A DNA stretch of 64,000 nucleotides. It comes from an uncultured virus (IMG/VR IMGVR_UViG_3300029787_000013). Lineage: Duplodnaviria; Heunggongvirae; Uroviricota; Caudoviricetes. Location of the stretch: the IMG/VR virus record IMGVR_UViG_3300029787_000013, one strand, 5' to 3'. The translations under genes and the position numbers were made by a program. Of the stretch, positions 20,894 through 32,042 are shown one piece after another; within the stretch, counting starts at the first letter, position 1; each line of letters starts with the position of its first letter. A model generated the notes under the pieces. The model was given only the letters and a program-made list of their open reading frames with translations. It ran no database searches and was not told the origin of the DNA.

Positions 20894-21998
20894 AATTATA
20901 TGGTGTTCCCCCTAATTTTAAATATCCTTGTCTGTTTGCGCCTGAATCTGCTATTGATCGTCCTGTGTCTTGGCCTGTATATGTTCTTCCTAGTATTCCT
21001 GATTTACTTGCATTTAAATAAGCATTTCTTTGATTTTTAACTGCTGACTTATATGCTTTTTTTCTTTTTCTTTCTTCCCTTCTTGCTCTTCTTCTTCTTC
21101 CTAAAGCACTTAGTCCTCCAACTAAAGCGCCTATTCCTGCTGCTGCCCATCCTAATCCAGGTACTGCTAAAGCTGGGGCTAAACTACCAATTACAGAAGC
21201 TACACCTGCCCCTCTACCTGCAGACCCTAAAAGTGTTCCACCTACTTCGCCTGGTTTTAAAGTAGTAGCATCATCATCATCTGAAAAGTTTCTCCATGCA
21301 TCTCCTATGAAAGAAGCTGCACTTCCTGCCATTGCAGTATTAGCAGGATTAAATTCTGTAGGCATTAAAAGAGATCCTCCAGAAGTTGTAGTTGGATTAC
21401 TTACTAGATTCATATCTGTATTTATACCTGTAACCTCCGTTGTGCCAATATTACTAGAAAGATCCTGCCCATATCCCGTTACTCCAAAATCAGCAGAAGA
21501 AGGATCAATATTAATATCTGCAAAATCTGGTAAAGTTTGATCTATACCAGGGGATGCTCCTACAGTTTCTGTCATAAGATTTCCATAATTTTCTCCTGGC
21601 TGCATAGATAAATTCAAATTTGTAGTACTAGTAGGAAGACTAAATCCTTCCTTCCAATTAGGAGCTATATTAAGTTTTCTTTGGCCGAGATTAAGCGCTT
21701 GATTAAAAAAGCTACCAGTTCGACTAGCCTGCTCTTCTTGGTTAGATAATAACTCTTGTTCATAATTAAAATCTTCCATATCATTTAAATGCTCAGTCGC
21801 CAAATCTAATTGTTCATTTGCACTGTTTTGTATAGTTTCTGCTCCTTGAGAATAGACTACAGATTCCGAGGGATGAAATCCTTGAGGCATTACATTTGTT
21901 CCATAAGGAGTGGGACCTAAAATCCCCGCGGTATTATATTTTTTTATACCTCTTTTTATACCTCCTTTATTATATAAGTTTTTTATATTTGTATACAT
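20886..21998 (-). CDS. Cargo/pilot-like protein with a Gly/Ala-rich membrane-inserting segment and basic tail
   Basis: 370 aa; GAGVASVIGSLAPALAVPGLGWAAAGIGALVGGLSALG followed by RRRRARREERKRKK; directly after the muzzle gene. Confidence 0.6.
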   Translation of the reverse strand: MYTNIKNLYNKGGIKRGIKKYNTAGILGPTPYGTNVMPQGFHPSESVVYSQGAETIQNSANEQLDLATEHLNDMEDFNYEQELLSNQEEQASRTGSFFNQALNLGQRKLNIAPNWKEGFSLPTSTTNLNLSMQPGENYGNLMTETVGASPGIDQTLPDFADINIDPSSADFGVTGYGQDLSSNIGTTEVTGINTDMNLVSNPTTTSGGSLLMPTEFNPANTAMAGSAASFIGDAWRNFSDDDDATTLKPGEVGGTLLGSAGRGAGVASVIGSLAPALAVPGLGWAAAGIGALVGGLSALGRRRRARREERKRKKAYKSAVKNQRNAYLNASKSGILGRTYTGQDTGRSIADSGANRQGYLKLGGTPYNYA

Positions 21999-21999
21999 T

Positions 22000-24900
22000 T
22001 TATCTAAAATATTTGCGCAAACCAGCTTCAGTGGAATACAAAGTTACTAAATTATTTGATATATTACTATTTTTTAACGAAATTCCTAAGAATTTATCTA
22101 CAAATTTTTTCTGAGTTACTTCATCTTTATTAACATCTATATATTCTAAGTTAATAGATTTATTCATTCCTTCAATATTAAACATGTTAATAAGTTCATT
22201 TTCTAATCCAGTACCATCATCATTTAAATTAGCCATATCTCTAAATTGATTTATTTTCCAATTGTTACCTGTACGGCGTATATTTGTTAAATATATTAAA
22301 TCTGTTTCTTCTGATATTTGATGAGTATTATAAACATAAAAACTAGTAAATCCAGGATCATGAAGATTAGCTGTTTGATTATTTTCAGTATGTGTAGAAA
22401 CATCTACAGTATATCCTATATTTGCAAATGTTTTATTTTCATTTTTACTTTCAGAATGGATAAATTCAAATATAGATTCATATATAGTTTGTTGAGTATT
22501 AAATACATTTGATGTATTATTTTCAGTCTCTGCCCATGATGTTTGATTTGAAAATAAATCATATTCAAATCGTCCAAAATCTCCATTATTATGAGTATAT
22601 AATTTATCGTCATGTGAAGTACCTGACATTAAAGTATCTCCAGATAAAATATATACAGAAGGAATATAATCATGAAATGATACCCAAATTTGTAATTCAG
22701 GATAATATGAAACAGTCCATCCAGTTCTTTTAACTAATTTTGCATTAAACTCTTGGCCAAACATTAAACAACAATGGTTTAATTCTGGATCATACTGAAC
22801 GCTAGGATTTGATTCTAATTGATCAGCATCTAATTCAAAAGCACTTACACTACATTCTTCTGCAATAGGAGTTTTAAAACAAATTTTGTTTGGACTAGTA
22901 GCTATAGCGTTAGCTTGATCTCCTAAAAACATTAGATTACAAAACTCTCCAAGAAATCCATCTCCTCCATCCAAAGTCTCACCTATATTACCTGGTATAC
23001 CAAAGAAAAATATACTATCAGTAAAAGCATCATCACTTTGAAGATCAAAAGGCAATTGTACCTCGCTTTGAATTGCTGCAGAAGCAGTATCTGGAGTAAA
23101 ACATGGAAACATCATATCTGGAAGGTTTGGCTCTCGCGTATAAGTACCATTAGTTGGATCGTAAGTTAAAGACCACCCAAAACCATCTTTTTGATTAAGC
23201 ATATAATCAAATAACTTTGTAGGACGTATTTCTTTTTTAGTTAATAAAATACGTTTTAATTTAGGATCCCATGTAGATGTAAATCCAAAATTACTAAAAG
23301 GATTATCTAAATTAAAAGTTCCAAATGTTTGTGGGCCTGAAAAATTCCATCCAGGATATTCTTCAAATCCAAAAGGTATATTTTGTTTAAACCAATGTTC
23401 TAATCCTGCGCTACTTACTTCACTTAATTCATTACCTAATAAAAATACTTTTCTGTCATTGTAATTAATAAAAAAGTATCCATATCTAGTAGTAATTCCT
23501 GCAAATTGAGATTGAGTGCCTCCATATCCATAATAAGTCTGTATTACTTCTTCTGGATCTTTTTCAAATATATCTCCTGATCCTACAAAAGCTTCTGCAC
23601 CATCTGCTAATTCTAAAGTTTCTTTACCTCTTGTTGCATAAAGTGTGTCTTCCATATGCATATAAAGAACATTATTTACACCTGCTAAAGAAATTAAATC
23701 TCCTTTATTTTTAGGAAGATCTTTAAACTGCAAAGCTAAAAATAATCTATAATTATCTATTTTACTTGTACCATCAGCTTTAACACTTCTAATAATTCTT
23801 GTAGGAAAAGAATCAGGATCAGAAAAACTAATAGGTAATGGAATAGTAGTTTTTAATGTATTTAATTTAGAATAATCTTCATTATATCTAATATGCCCTG
23901 TATCATCATTTGGATTATAAGTTAAATCTAGCCCTGTAGGCAACTCTACAAGTTTTTGTGCTGGAGTTTTAGGAAAATATACATCTGCTTGGTTAGATTT
24001 ATTTCCACTGTGTCTAAAATTAATATTATCAGTTGATTCAACAATAGTAGAATATAAAGTAGATATATCATGCATAGGATTATAGTCAGCAGGTTTAAAT
24101 TCTGGTTTTCCAGTAGTACTTATTAAAGTAAACATAGATCTATGAGTTGTTCTAAATCCATATCTACATAGAAAAGTATCTCCTCCAAAAATCCCTCCAG
24201 GATAAGCACCTCTAGTTCCTTCTTCACTATTTAAATTTTGAAACTCTTCTCCTATAACTTCATACCCTGTCCACACTAATTCATTAACATCTAGATTTTT
24301 ATATAAATCTAATTTAAATGCATGTAAATTTGCTTGCCATAAAGCTGCACGTTGTCCTACTACGTCAGTACCTGGCGAGCCAGTAAAGTCATCTCCAGAC
24401 CATTTCATTCTTGAGAAATCGTCTCCTCCACTATTTTCATCACTCCAATCTTCATTCTCTCCACATGAAAATCCGCTCCACAGTGTATTATATGTGGTGT
24501 CACTATTAATTCCTCCTTGACCATATTGATTATTTCCATCATATATAGGTCTAAATCCTCTTTTATTAGATGTTTGAAAAGCCATACAAGACTCTCCTCT
24601 TATATTATAAATATCATACCCAAACCCAATATCACTAGCTCCTTTATAAATAGAATCTCCTCTTAAATATGTTTTAGCATTTTCTTTAATAGGTATATGT
24701 AATATTCCACCATGTTTATTATTTAGAGGATAACTTAACATACCAGGTGCTTCAGCCAGTGTTCCCCCTAAAACCCCCATTGATGTAGATGTAGGACTAG
24801 CAAATTCATAATCAATATGTGCAGAAGTACGCACATCTTGAGTTGCACAAAGAATATTATCCCAAGGAGTACCTGTCTCGTCCATGTTTTCATCGTATTG

Positions 24901-27900
24901 TATTTTTGGATATTGTATTCCTGTTATAGTATCGCCAGCATAAGTTATTTCATTAAGCTTTGGTTTATCTTTACCCCAAAAAGAATTTGCCATCCACATA
25001 TACTCCTTTTTAAAATGTGTGCTATGCGCTAAACTATGTTTTCTATTTAACATATAGAAATCATGAAAATTAATTCCTTCCCAAAGACATTGATCACTGA
25101 ACACTTCATTTGTACAATTGCCAAACATAGTACCAGGAAAAAAAGAAGCTTGATCTCTAACAAAACCTTCTGAAACCCAAAGAGATTGTAATTCTAAATT
25201 GTCTTGAGCAGCAATTATATCTTGAGCATCTTCAGTATCTGCAAAAGCAGAATCTTGACATGCTCCTAATTCTAATCTATTTAACTGTCTCATAGGAACA
25301 GCTAAACTTTGTCCTAATATTCTTCTATTATGATGTTCTCTTTTAGCATAATAAATTCTAAATCCTTGAACTTTATCTTTGATTTCTTCAGGTATATGTA
25401 TATTATCTAAATGAAATCCTAAAATACGCATATCATAACTAGTATATGTTCCAGAAAACGGAGTCCAACCAGCATCTAATGTGTCATAATCTGCATCACC
25501 TGCGTCTACAGGAATTTTCCAACGACATGTACCAGAAAATTGAGTTGCAGCTTCTCTATCTCCAATATCTCCTCCAAATCCTGCAGTTGTCGTATTAAGA
25601 TTATAATAGTCTTGCCCCTCTAATATACCTCCTCCAGCACATCCACAATTAGGATGTAGTCCATCTATCCCAAGTTCTATACCGTCGAAAACCTGACCAG
25701 CTTGTGAGACCCAAGCCACATTGTCAGGGACTCCACAAGGATTAAGCCCATCGTCTTCCCATATATCAGCAGGATTACATCCGCAATCACTAAAATTAGG
25801 TCCAATCTCTACTTTTATACCTTCACCAAAATTAGTAGTATCAGAAACTTTTCCATAAAACCATGCATCACAATTAGTTCCTATGTCTACTCCATTACCA
25901 TCTGTTCCTTGATCAGGAAGTATATTTCCTGAAGGTCCTCCTCCTGATACTTCACAATATATACAAGCTCCCTCTGGAGGAGTTGGTCCATTCCAAACAG
26001 GTGCTGTTGCATAATCTTGTCCTCCATCAGCTAGTATAATTGTTTTTTGTGTATCATCTCCAGGTTGAGGTAACGCAGACTCACCAGTAAGTTGATCGGT
26101 AAAATTTGCCCATTGCTGTTGGTTCCAAGTTCCTGGATACATTCCTGTCCATGTAGCTGTTTGTTCTACTTCTGGCATTTCGTTTACAAGATCAGACACA
26201 TTAGTCATAATAGTTTCTCCTACATTAAAACCAGTTGCAAACATTCCAAACTCGGAACTTTCATTTGAAGGAAAATGATGATGCCTTACATTTTGTCCTC
26301 TAAGAGTAGTATTAGTATCTCCATTAATATCCCATATATCATAATTATCTGTAGAAGGATAAAATTCGTTAGTGTTTTGCCAATAGTTCATACCGTTAGA
26401 TCCATCTGCATCACTAAACTCATAAAAATGAAAAACACGTCCTTGGCCACCAGATAAATTATATAAAGATTTATCAGTTAAATCTTTAGGCATATATTGC
26501 CATGTAGAATCATAAGTAGCATTTCCTACACCACAATCATTTCCTTCTCCATACCCGTCTAATTGTGTTGGCTCATGGTCCCCTAAAATTTTATCAAGTT
26601 CTGAAACAAGTATATTTGCATCGTCTTCTTTTCCTCCTTCGTTTAAAAGTTTGTCTAAAGCTTCTCTACCAGGAATATGGTATGCATAAGACATTGTCCC
26701 ATCGTTCATTATAAATGCTATATAAAACGCATATACCTCATCTCTCATATAACCTTTTTTCATAACGTTATATAAAGAACTTCTATATCCTCTTTGTATT
26801 CCATAAAAAGTAGGATCAAAAACAGGATTATCAGTACCTTCTAAAAAAGGTTTAGTTTGTAAAGAGTACCCAAAATTTAAATTATCTGAACTTGTTTCTA
26901 AAGGATCAAAAAATGGAATAGTTTCTGTTGTTGCTTGTAATCTAATACTATTAGCATATTTTTGAAATCCTAAATCTTTGCTTCCTGTTAAATTGCCTAA
27001 ATATAATACATTGTCTAATTGATTTATTGTTTTAGCAGTATCATAGGAAACAGTATCTATCATTATATCTGTTATAGTTCCTGAAGAACTAGATTCTAAT
27101 CCTGTATAAGTTATATAATCAATAGTAGAATTAAATTTAATAGCTTTATCTCTTAATTGAAAAGCTTCTTCAGTTCCATTAACTGTTCTAATTATTACAG
27201 GTCTAAGAAAATCATAATCTGTATTAATATTAGTAATTTTCCAAGATATAGATTTTCCTGTTTGTACACCAGCATTAGCACCATCGTATCTTTCAATAGG
27301 TCTTACTTCTTCTAATTCCTCTGTTATATAAACAGGATTTGATACAGTTAAATAATTTGTACGTGTTAAATTTGTATCTGCATATGCTAACGCTAATTGA
27401 TAAACACCTGTAACTAATCCTCCTCCAGAATTAATAGTTTTAAAATCAATATGTGGTACAGGGCCTGAAGATGGAAATAAATTTAGTCTACCAATATAAT
27501 CTTTATTTTTACTAAATTCATTATTAGTACTATTCCATAAAAGTTTACCATATATATGATTAGCATAATAATGAAAATCATTAGGATCATTAACAGAATT
27601 AAGAGTTACATCTGAATCTGGATCTGTAACTATTGTATAATTTGCAGTATCTAATTGACGAGTAACATTTAAAGATCTAGGAGGATTAAAGTCATCTGTC
27701 CAATATATAACTAATTCTCCTGAAGAATTAATTTTATACGTACCCTGAATAGGGTGTTCTACATTAAAATTTAAATCTGCATTAATTGTATAAGATAAAT
27801 TTGTATTAGAAACGTCTGCTCCTGTTGCTCCATCGCCTGTTATAGCTGCATCATTTGCTGAAAACGAATTTGTACCATTTGCTTGTAAACTTACCCAGGA

Positions 27901-28419
27901 TAAATAATTAAAGTCTCCTTGTGTTTGTAATGTTTTTCCTGCATTTGTAGTTCTAAAAATTAATTGTAATTTACCATCATTGTTTAGTAAATAAATAGCA
28001 TGATCTTGGCCAACCCCTTCTTCCCACCTATCGTCTGATATAGTAGTTTGCTTTTTAGTTGTAAATAATACAACTCTATTAAAAGAAATTTCTATTTTAC
28101 CAATAATACGTTCAGCACTTCTTTGTGCACTAATAGCAGTATCATCTGAAAAATCAGTCCATTGAGGCGCGTTTTCAGTTGCTACTCCCTCAGTTGCAAT
28201 ATCAAACCCTGTTGCCGCCCAACCATCTGGACCTTCAGTACCTGGGTTATAATTTAAATTTAATTTATGGTCTTCCTCATTAAAGGTAAATCCTTTTTCA
28301 TTAGATATACCTCCTTTAATAGGATTCATAACAACATTTTTAGCATGTCGCCATGACCCTTCTATTTGATCTACAGGAGCAGTATCTTTATTTAAACCTT
28401 TAATATATCTATTTGCCAT
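22000..28419 (-). CDS. Tail muzzle / stabilisation protein (P22 gp10-like, crAss type)
   Basis: 2139 aa; N-terminal KGLNKD, LVIYWTDDFNPPRSLN, KKGYMRDEVYAFYI, GGDTFLCRY, WTVSY...WVSFHDYIP; synteny after the ring proteins. Confidence 0.8.
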   Translation of the reverse strand: MANRYIKGLNKDTAPVDQIEGSWRHAKNVVMNPIKGGISNEKGFTFNEEDHKLNLNYNPGTEGPDGWAATGFDIATEGVATENAPQWTDFSDDTAISAQRSAERIIGKIEISFNRVVLFTTKKQTTISDDRWEEGVGQDHAIYLLNNDGKLQLIFRTTNAGKTLQTQGDFNYLSWVSLQANGTNSFSANDAAITGDGATGADVSNTNLSYTINADLNFNVEHPIQGTYKINSSGELVIYWTDDFNPPRSLNVTRQLDTANYTIVTDPDSDVTLNSVNDPNDFHYYANHIYGKLLWNSTNNEFSKNKDYIGRLNLFPSSGPVPHIDFKTINSGGGLVTGVYQLALAYADTNLTRTNYLTVSNPVYITEELEEVRPIERYDGANAGVQTGKSISWKITNINTDYDFLRPVIIRTVNGTEEAFQLRDKAIKFNSTIDYITYTGLESSSSGTITDIMIDTVSYDTAKTINQLDNVLYLGNLTGSKDLGFQKYANSIRLQATTETIPFFDPLETSSDNLNFGYSLQTKPFLEGTDNPVFDPTFYGIQRGYRSSLYNVMKKGYMRDEVYAFYIAFIMNDGTMSYAYHIPGREALDKLLNEGGKEDDANILVSELDKILGDHEPTQLDGYGEGNDCGVGNATYDSTWQYMPKDLTDKSLYNLSGGQGRVFHFYEFSDADGSNGMNYWQNTNEFYPSTDNYDIWDINGDTNTTLRGQNVRHHHFPSNESSEFGMFATGFNVGETIMTNVSDLVNEMPEVEQTATWTGMYPGTWNQQQWANFTDQLTGESALPQPGDDTQKTIILADGGQDYATAPVWNGPTPPEGACIYCEVSGGGPSGNILPDQGTDGNGVDIGTNCDAWFYGKVSDTTNFGEGIKVEIGPNFSDCGCNPADIWEDDGLNPCGVPDNVAWVSQAGQVFDGIELGIDGLHPNCGCAGGGILEGQDYYNLNTTTAGFGGDIGDREAATQFSGTCRWKIPVDAGDADYDTLDAGWTPFSGTYTSYDMRILGFHLDNIHIPEEIKDKVQGFRIYYAKREHHNRRILGQSLAVPMRQLNRLELGACQDSAFADTEDAQDIIAAQDNLELQSLWVSEGFVRDQASFFPGTMFGNCTNEVFSDQCLWEGINFHDFYMLNRKHSLAHSTHFKKEYMWMANSFWGKDKPKLNEITYAGDTITGIQYPKIQYDENMDETGTPWDNILCATQDVRTSAHIDYEFASPTSTSMGVLGGTLAEAPGMLSYPLNNKHGGILHIPIKENAKTYLRGDSIYKGASDIGFGYDIYNIRGESCMAFQTSNKRGFRPIYDGNNQYGQGGINSDTTYNTLWSGFSCGENEDWSDENSGGDDFSRMKWSGDDFTGSPGTDVVGQRAALWQANLHAFKLDLYKNLDVNELVWTGYEVIGEEFQNLNSEEGTRGAYPGGIFGGDTFLCRYGFRTTHRSMFTLISTTGKPEFKPADYNPMHDISTLYSTIVESTDNINFRHSGNKSNQADVYFPKTPAQKLVELPTGLDLTYNPNDDTGHIRYNEDYSKLNTLKTTIPLPISFSDPDSFPTRIIRSVKADGTSKIDNYRLFLALQFKDLPKNKGDLISLAGVNNVLYMHMEDTLYATRGKETLELADGAEAFVGSGDIFEKDPEEVIQTYYGYGGTQSQFAGITTRYGYFFINYNDRKVFLLGNELSEVSSAGLEHWFKQNIPFGFEEYPGWNFSGPQTFGTFNLDNPFSNFGFTSTWDPKLKRILLTKKEIRPTKLFDYMLNQKDGFGWSLTYDPTNGTYTREPNLPDMMFPCFTPDTASAAIQSEVQLPFDLQSDDAFTDSIFFFGIPGNIGETLDGGDGFLGEFCNLMFLGDQANAIATSPNKICFKTPIAEECSVSAFELDADQLESNPSVQYDPELNHCCLMFGQEFNAKLVKRTGWTVSYYPELQIWVSFHDYIPSVYILSGDTLMSGTSHDDKLYTHNNGDFGRFEYDLFSNQTSWAETENNTSNVFNTQQTIYESIFEFIHSESKNENKTFANIGYTVDVSTHTENNQTANLHDPGFTSFYVYNTHQISEETDLIYLTNIRRTGNNWKINQFRDMANLNDDGTGLENELINMFNIEGMNKSINLEYIDVNKDEVTQKKFVDKFLGISLKNSNISNNLVTLYSTEAGLRKYFR

Positions 28420-29282
28420 TATCCTCTATATAAATTTTCTCTTTTATTTAATTGCTCAAAATTATCTTGATGTCTATTAATATTAGGTATCATTCTTACC
28501 CATTGATTCATAAAAGATTCATACCTATCAATATCTGGGTAGTTTGCAGAATTTCTAGCTTGTGTGCAATATATTCTCCATTTCTGATCTGCAAAATTAT
28601 AATCTATTCTATTAGTAGGTTTATCGTATCCTCCTAATAACATTTGCTTAAATACATACCAAAACATAGCTTCTCTATAACTTACATCGTCTGGTACCAT
28701 AGGATAACAGTCTTCATCTAAAGGAAAAGCTTTATAGCTTACACATATATTTCCTGTTTTAAAAGATGTTTTAATATATCCATTTTCTATTATATACCAA
28801 TCTTGTAAAAAATTTTCAGAGCAATCTTCACAATCTTCCGACTTCATAAATGTTGTAGTTCCATATGGAATAGGATTCATTGCGTCTTCATCTTTAAAAT
28901 ACATATTTTCTAAAACTATCATTCTGGACCCTAAATCTCTTAATTGAGAATAAAGATTTTGATCAGGATTAGAAGCTAAAGTTTCTTGTATATCAGTCAT
29001 CTTAGTAGATATTTCACTAATTTCATTAGAAATATCTGCAGATACTGATGTGTTAGTAGCTACCTGATTCATTAAATAAAAATCATCTGGTAAACATACT
29101 TTATAATTAGAAACTTCTAAAACACAATTTTTAGTTTCTAATTGAGGAGTTGCTCCAATATGTTCTAAAGCCTCTCCTATCCATTCTATAGCATCGTCAA
29201 TCCAATTGCCATCAGTAGGTTTTAGATCTCTCATGATCTTGTTTAAAATAACTTTACTTGATATGTTTTTATATATAGCCAT
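28419..29282 (-). CDS. Tail ring / tubular protein (crAss-like)
   Basis: 287 aa; DAIEWIGEALEHIG, YIKTSFKTGNICVSYKAFPLDEDCYPMVPD; immediately upstream of the muzzle. Confidence 0.7.
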   Translation of the reverse strand: MAIYKNISSKVILNKIMRDLKPTDGNWIDDAIEWIGEALEHIGATPQLETKNCVLEVSNYKVCLPDDFYLMNQVATNTSVSADISNEISEISTKMTDIQETLASNPDQNLYSQLRDLGSRMIVLENMYFKDEDAMNPIPYGTTTFMKSEDCEDCSENFLQDWYIIENGYIKTSFKTGNICVSYKAFPLDEDCYPMVPDDVSYREAMFWYVFKQMLLGGYDKPTNRIDYNFADQKWRIYCTQARNSANYPDIDRYESFMNQWVRMIPNINRHQDNFEQLNKRENLYRG

Positions 29283-29293
29283 AGTTTTTAATT

Positions 29294-29704
29294 TTAATCA
29301 AATAATGTTGGCATGTGTTGTTTTATCCATTCCATAACTTCAGGATTACGTTCTGAACGTGTCTGATCTTGTATATTTCTCATTCTATTGAACTCACTAA
29401 GTTTACTGTCTCTCTTAGGTTTATTAACAACTCTACGCAATCCTTTTGAAAGAACTTGTTTTTTTATAGATCCATCAGGATTGTATTTAGTTTTTAATTT
29501 TCCTTCAGGACCTTTTGTTTTAATTTTTCGTTCGTTCCCATCACTATCTGTAACAACCATTGCTTTTCCTTGTCCCATGTCAGTACCTATATCATCCCAT
29601 TTTTGTCGTCTTTGGAATATACTTTTTATTTGCTCGATAAGATTCATTTGATTCTCATCTGGTAAAAAGCCTGTTTCTTGATATTTTCTTTTTTTACGTG
29701 CCAT
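29294..29704 (-). CDS. Hypothetical basic protein with N-terminal KRKYQETG motif
   Basis: 136 aa, overlapping start/stop coupling with neighbours. Confidence 0.6.
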   Translation of the reverse strand: MARKKRKYQETGFLPDENQMNLIEQIKSIFQRRQKWDDIGTDMGQGKAMVVTDSDGNERKIKTKGPEGKLKTKYNPDGSIKKQVLSKGLRRVVNKPKRDSKLSEFNRMRNIQDQTRSERNPEVMEWIKQHMPTLFD

Positions 29705-30185
29705 AATTATTGTGTTTTTTAAATTTTAAATATGCTAAATCATCTTTTTTTAAAAGAGCAGTTAGCTTTTCTTTGTTACCTTTTAATCCTCTAGTTGGAA
29801 CAAATTTATATACCGATTTATTAGGTATTTTACAACTTGATTTATTCCAATAGTATCTACAATATTCAGAATCTGTATAATAAACATACCATTTTTGACC
29901 TTTACCTGTTGTATGGTTATATAATTTTATTCCTTTTTCGTTTAATTCTTTTTTATATTTATTACTTTCTCCCCAGTCTATTGCAGGCTTAGAATTATTT
30001 CTATTTATTCTAAGAATGCTTATATATGATAAACTATTTCCCATATTAAATTTGCCTCCCTCTAAAATATATTCAATAATCATCATGTTAAAATCACTAC
30101 AAATATTTTTAAACGTAGTTTTATCTATTTCTATGTTAGAAGTAGAATCAAAGTATTCATAAATATTTGTAATATTATAATTCAT
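29694..30185 (-). CDS. HU/IHF-like protein of the crAss tail module
   Basis: 163 aa; helix-helix then GGKFNMGNSLSYISILR...IDWGES; located between ring genes. Confidence 0.5.
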   Translation of the reverse strand: MNYNITNIYEYFDSTSNIEIDKTTFKNICSDFNMMIIEYILEGGKFNMGNSLSYISILRINRNNSKPAIDWGESNKYKKELNEKGIKLYNHTTGKGQKWYVYYTDSEYCRYYWNKSSCKIPNKSVYKFVPTRGLKGNKEKLTALLKKDDLAYLKFKKHNNYGT

Positions 30186-30889
30186 TATTCTTGTCTAGTT
30201 TGTGGTTGAGATTGCGCTGTATTACCTACTTCTTGTACTCTATCTGCCCCAAGATCATTTAATGTTCCTAATAATAACTGTAACTCTCCTTGAGCTAAAC
30301 CTGCAGTTATTGCCTGTAACATATCAGCAGGAATAGGAAATTTTGAGTCGTCATTATAACAAAGACCATCTGTACAATCAAATGCAGCCAAATCTCTAGG
30401 ATCTTCAAATATTCCTCTTACATTTATTTTACCAATATTATCAGGGTTTAATATATACATATAATCTTCAATCATAAATGCTTTTTTATTTTTTCCTGTA
30501 TATTTTGCATAAGATGCTAATTTAGCCATATAAGGCTCTATAAGCTGTATACTGGTCATACCATCTACTGCCCCTACAAAAGTAATAGCTTCTTTAAAGT
30601 TAAGCCTAACTGTTCTAGGTATTGGCATTATAGTTTTAGCAACTACACATCCTGTTTGAAATCCACTGCAGCATCTACTAGAATCAACCTGCACTAAATC
30701 TAAACAGTGTAAATCTTGTTCTAAATGCCTTGTTATTTTTCCATTTCTAGCATAGTCTCGTCTAATAAACATTGCTCTGTAATGCAAAATATTAAATTTA
30801 ATTTGATCTAAAGAGATCATTTCATCATGATTAGATCTTCCCGCTCTAACTAAATTTAAAATATTGTATGCTATTTCATTAAAAGTCAT
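30185..30889 (-). CDS. Tail ring / tubular protein (crAss-like)
   Basis: 234 aa; MTFNEIAYNI start, INVRGIFEDP, FPIPADM. Confidence 0.65.
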   Translation of the reverse strand: MTFNEIAYNILNLVRAGRSNHDEMISLDQIKFNILHYRAMFIRRDYARNGKITRHLEQDLHCLDLVQVDSSRCCSGFQTGCVVAKTIMPIPRTVRLNFKEAITFVGAVDGMTSIQLIEPYMAKLASYAKYTGKNKKAFMIEDYMYILNPDNIGKINVRGIFEDPRDLAAFDCTDGLCYNDDSKFPIPADMLQAITAGLAQGELQLLLGTLNDLGADRVQEVGNTAQSQPQTRQE

Positions 30890-30893
30890 ATTC

Positions 30894-32027
30894 TTATTTT
30901 ATATTGGTTTGTAAATATCCTTCATACCCACGTTCTTTATTCCATATATGTGCTTGGCCTGTTCTTTTGGCTGCGTATCCCATCATCTTGTGCCATTCGT
31001 CGTTTCCACAAATAGAAGGAATAAATCTTACTTTAATCCCTCTATACTCATTAATCATTTCTTTATGTAAATGTCCACAATGAACTTCTCTATGAGTAGT
31101 TCTAGCAAACATTTCTGGCTGCTCTGTAGCCATTATTAATGGCATTTGTGCAGGTTTTTCTTTATCTCCATGTGTAAACATAATCATGTTTGTTCCATAT
31201 TCATAATACTTTCTAGCGTCATAATTATTATCTACAACTACACGATCATCATTTAAAAAGAATGCTCTTAAAAATTCACCTGCATAAAACATTCTTTCAT
31301 AATCATGATTTCCTTGTATTACAACTAAATCTACTGGCGCAGTTCTTGCTAAATAACATACTGCTCTTACCATTAAATTACAGTATCCTACAAAAGTTTC
31401 TTGCCATGCAGCAGAGTCTTGTTGAGGAGTACCTTTAGTTGTAGCTCTAGAAAATCCTTCTGAATTCATACCATCATTTCCTATTGGTAATAAAATTCTT
31501 TCTATTTTTAATCCTGTTGCTTTATCCATCAAATCTTTTATCACATCCATATATAAATCTTCTGCTTCATCTAATGTTTGTCCGTCCATTTTTCCATAAT
31601 GAATATCAGGTAATGATACTTCATATACTACAGGATCATCAACAGCTTTATATTCTTTTTCAACTTTAGGACTAAAAGTTTCAAGTAACTCAATTATTTG
31701 AGTTTTTGTTTCTTTCATTATATTGTCCTCTCCTTTTACTACAACAGAGAATCTATTTTCTCCACTTACGTTTTGCCAAAATTTCACAGAGCTCACCGTT
31801 TCTTCTGCGATTCCATTTGTTTGTAAAAACTGTTTGAACCCTGAAAGTTCTTGTGTATTTACATTATCCAAATCAAACTCGTTTCCTTTTGCTTCTATTC
31901 TTGCTTCTTTTAAAGCATTTCTACAAGCCTCGACACTACAATCTAGTCGTTCAGAAAGACGTTCAGCTCCCTCTTTAAGGTAACCAGGCTTGTCTCTCAA
32001 AAAAGCCTTGATCTGATCTTTAATCAT
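30894..32027 (-). CDS. Calcineurin-like metallophosphoesterase with N-terminal HTH-like segment
   Basis: Ordered motifs DIHYG, GND, GNHD, THGD, GHLH. Confidence 0.85.
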   Translation of the reverse strand: MIKDQIKAFLRDKPGYLKEGAERLSERLDCSVEACRNALKEARIEAKGNEFDLDNVNTQELSGFKQFLQTNGIAEETVSSVKFWQNVSGENRFSVVVKGEDNIMKETKTQIIELLETFSPKVEKEYKAVDDPVVYEVSLPDIHYGKMDGQTLDEAEDLYMDVIKDLMDKATGLKIERILLPIGNDGMNSEGFSRATTKGTPQQDSAAWQETFVGYCNLMVRAVCYLARTAPVDLVVIQGNHDYERMFYAGEFLRAFFLNDDRVVVDNNYDARKYYEYGTNMIMFTHGDKEKPAQMPLIMATEQPEMFARTTHREVHCGHLHKEMINEYRGIKVRFIPSICGNDEWHKMMGYAAKRTGQAHIWNKERGYEGYLQTNIK

Positions 32028-32042
32028 TTTTTATTTATTTAG

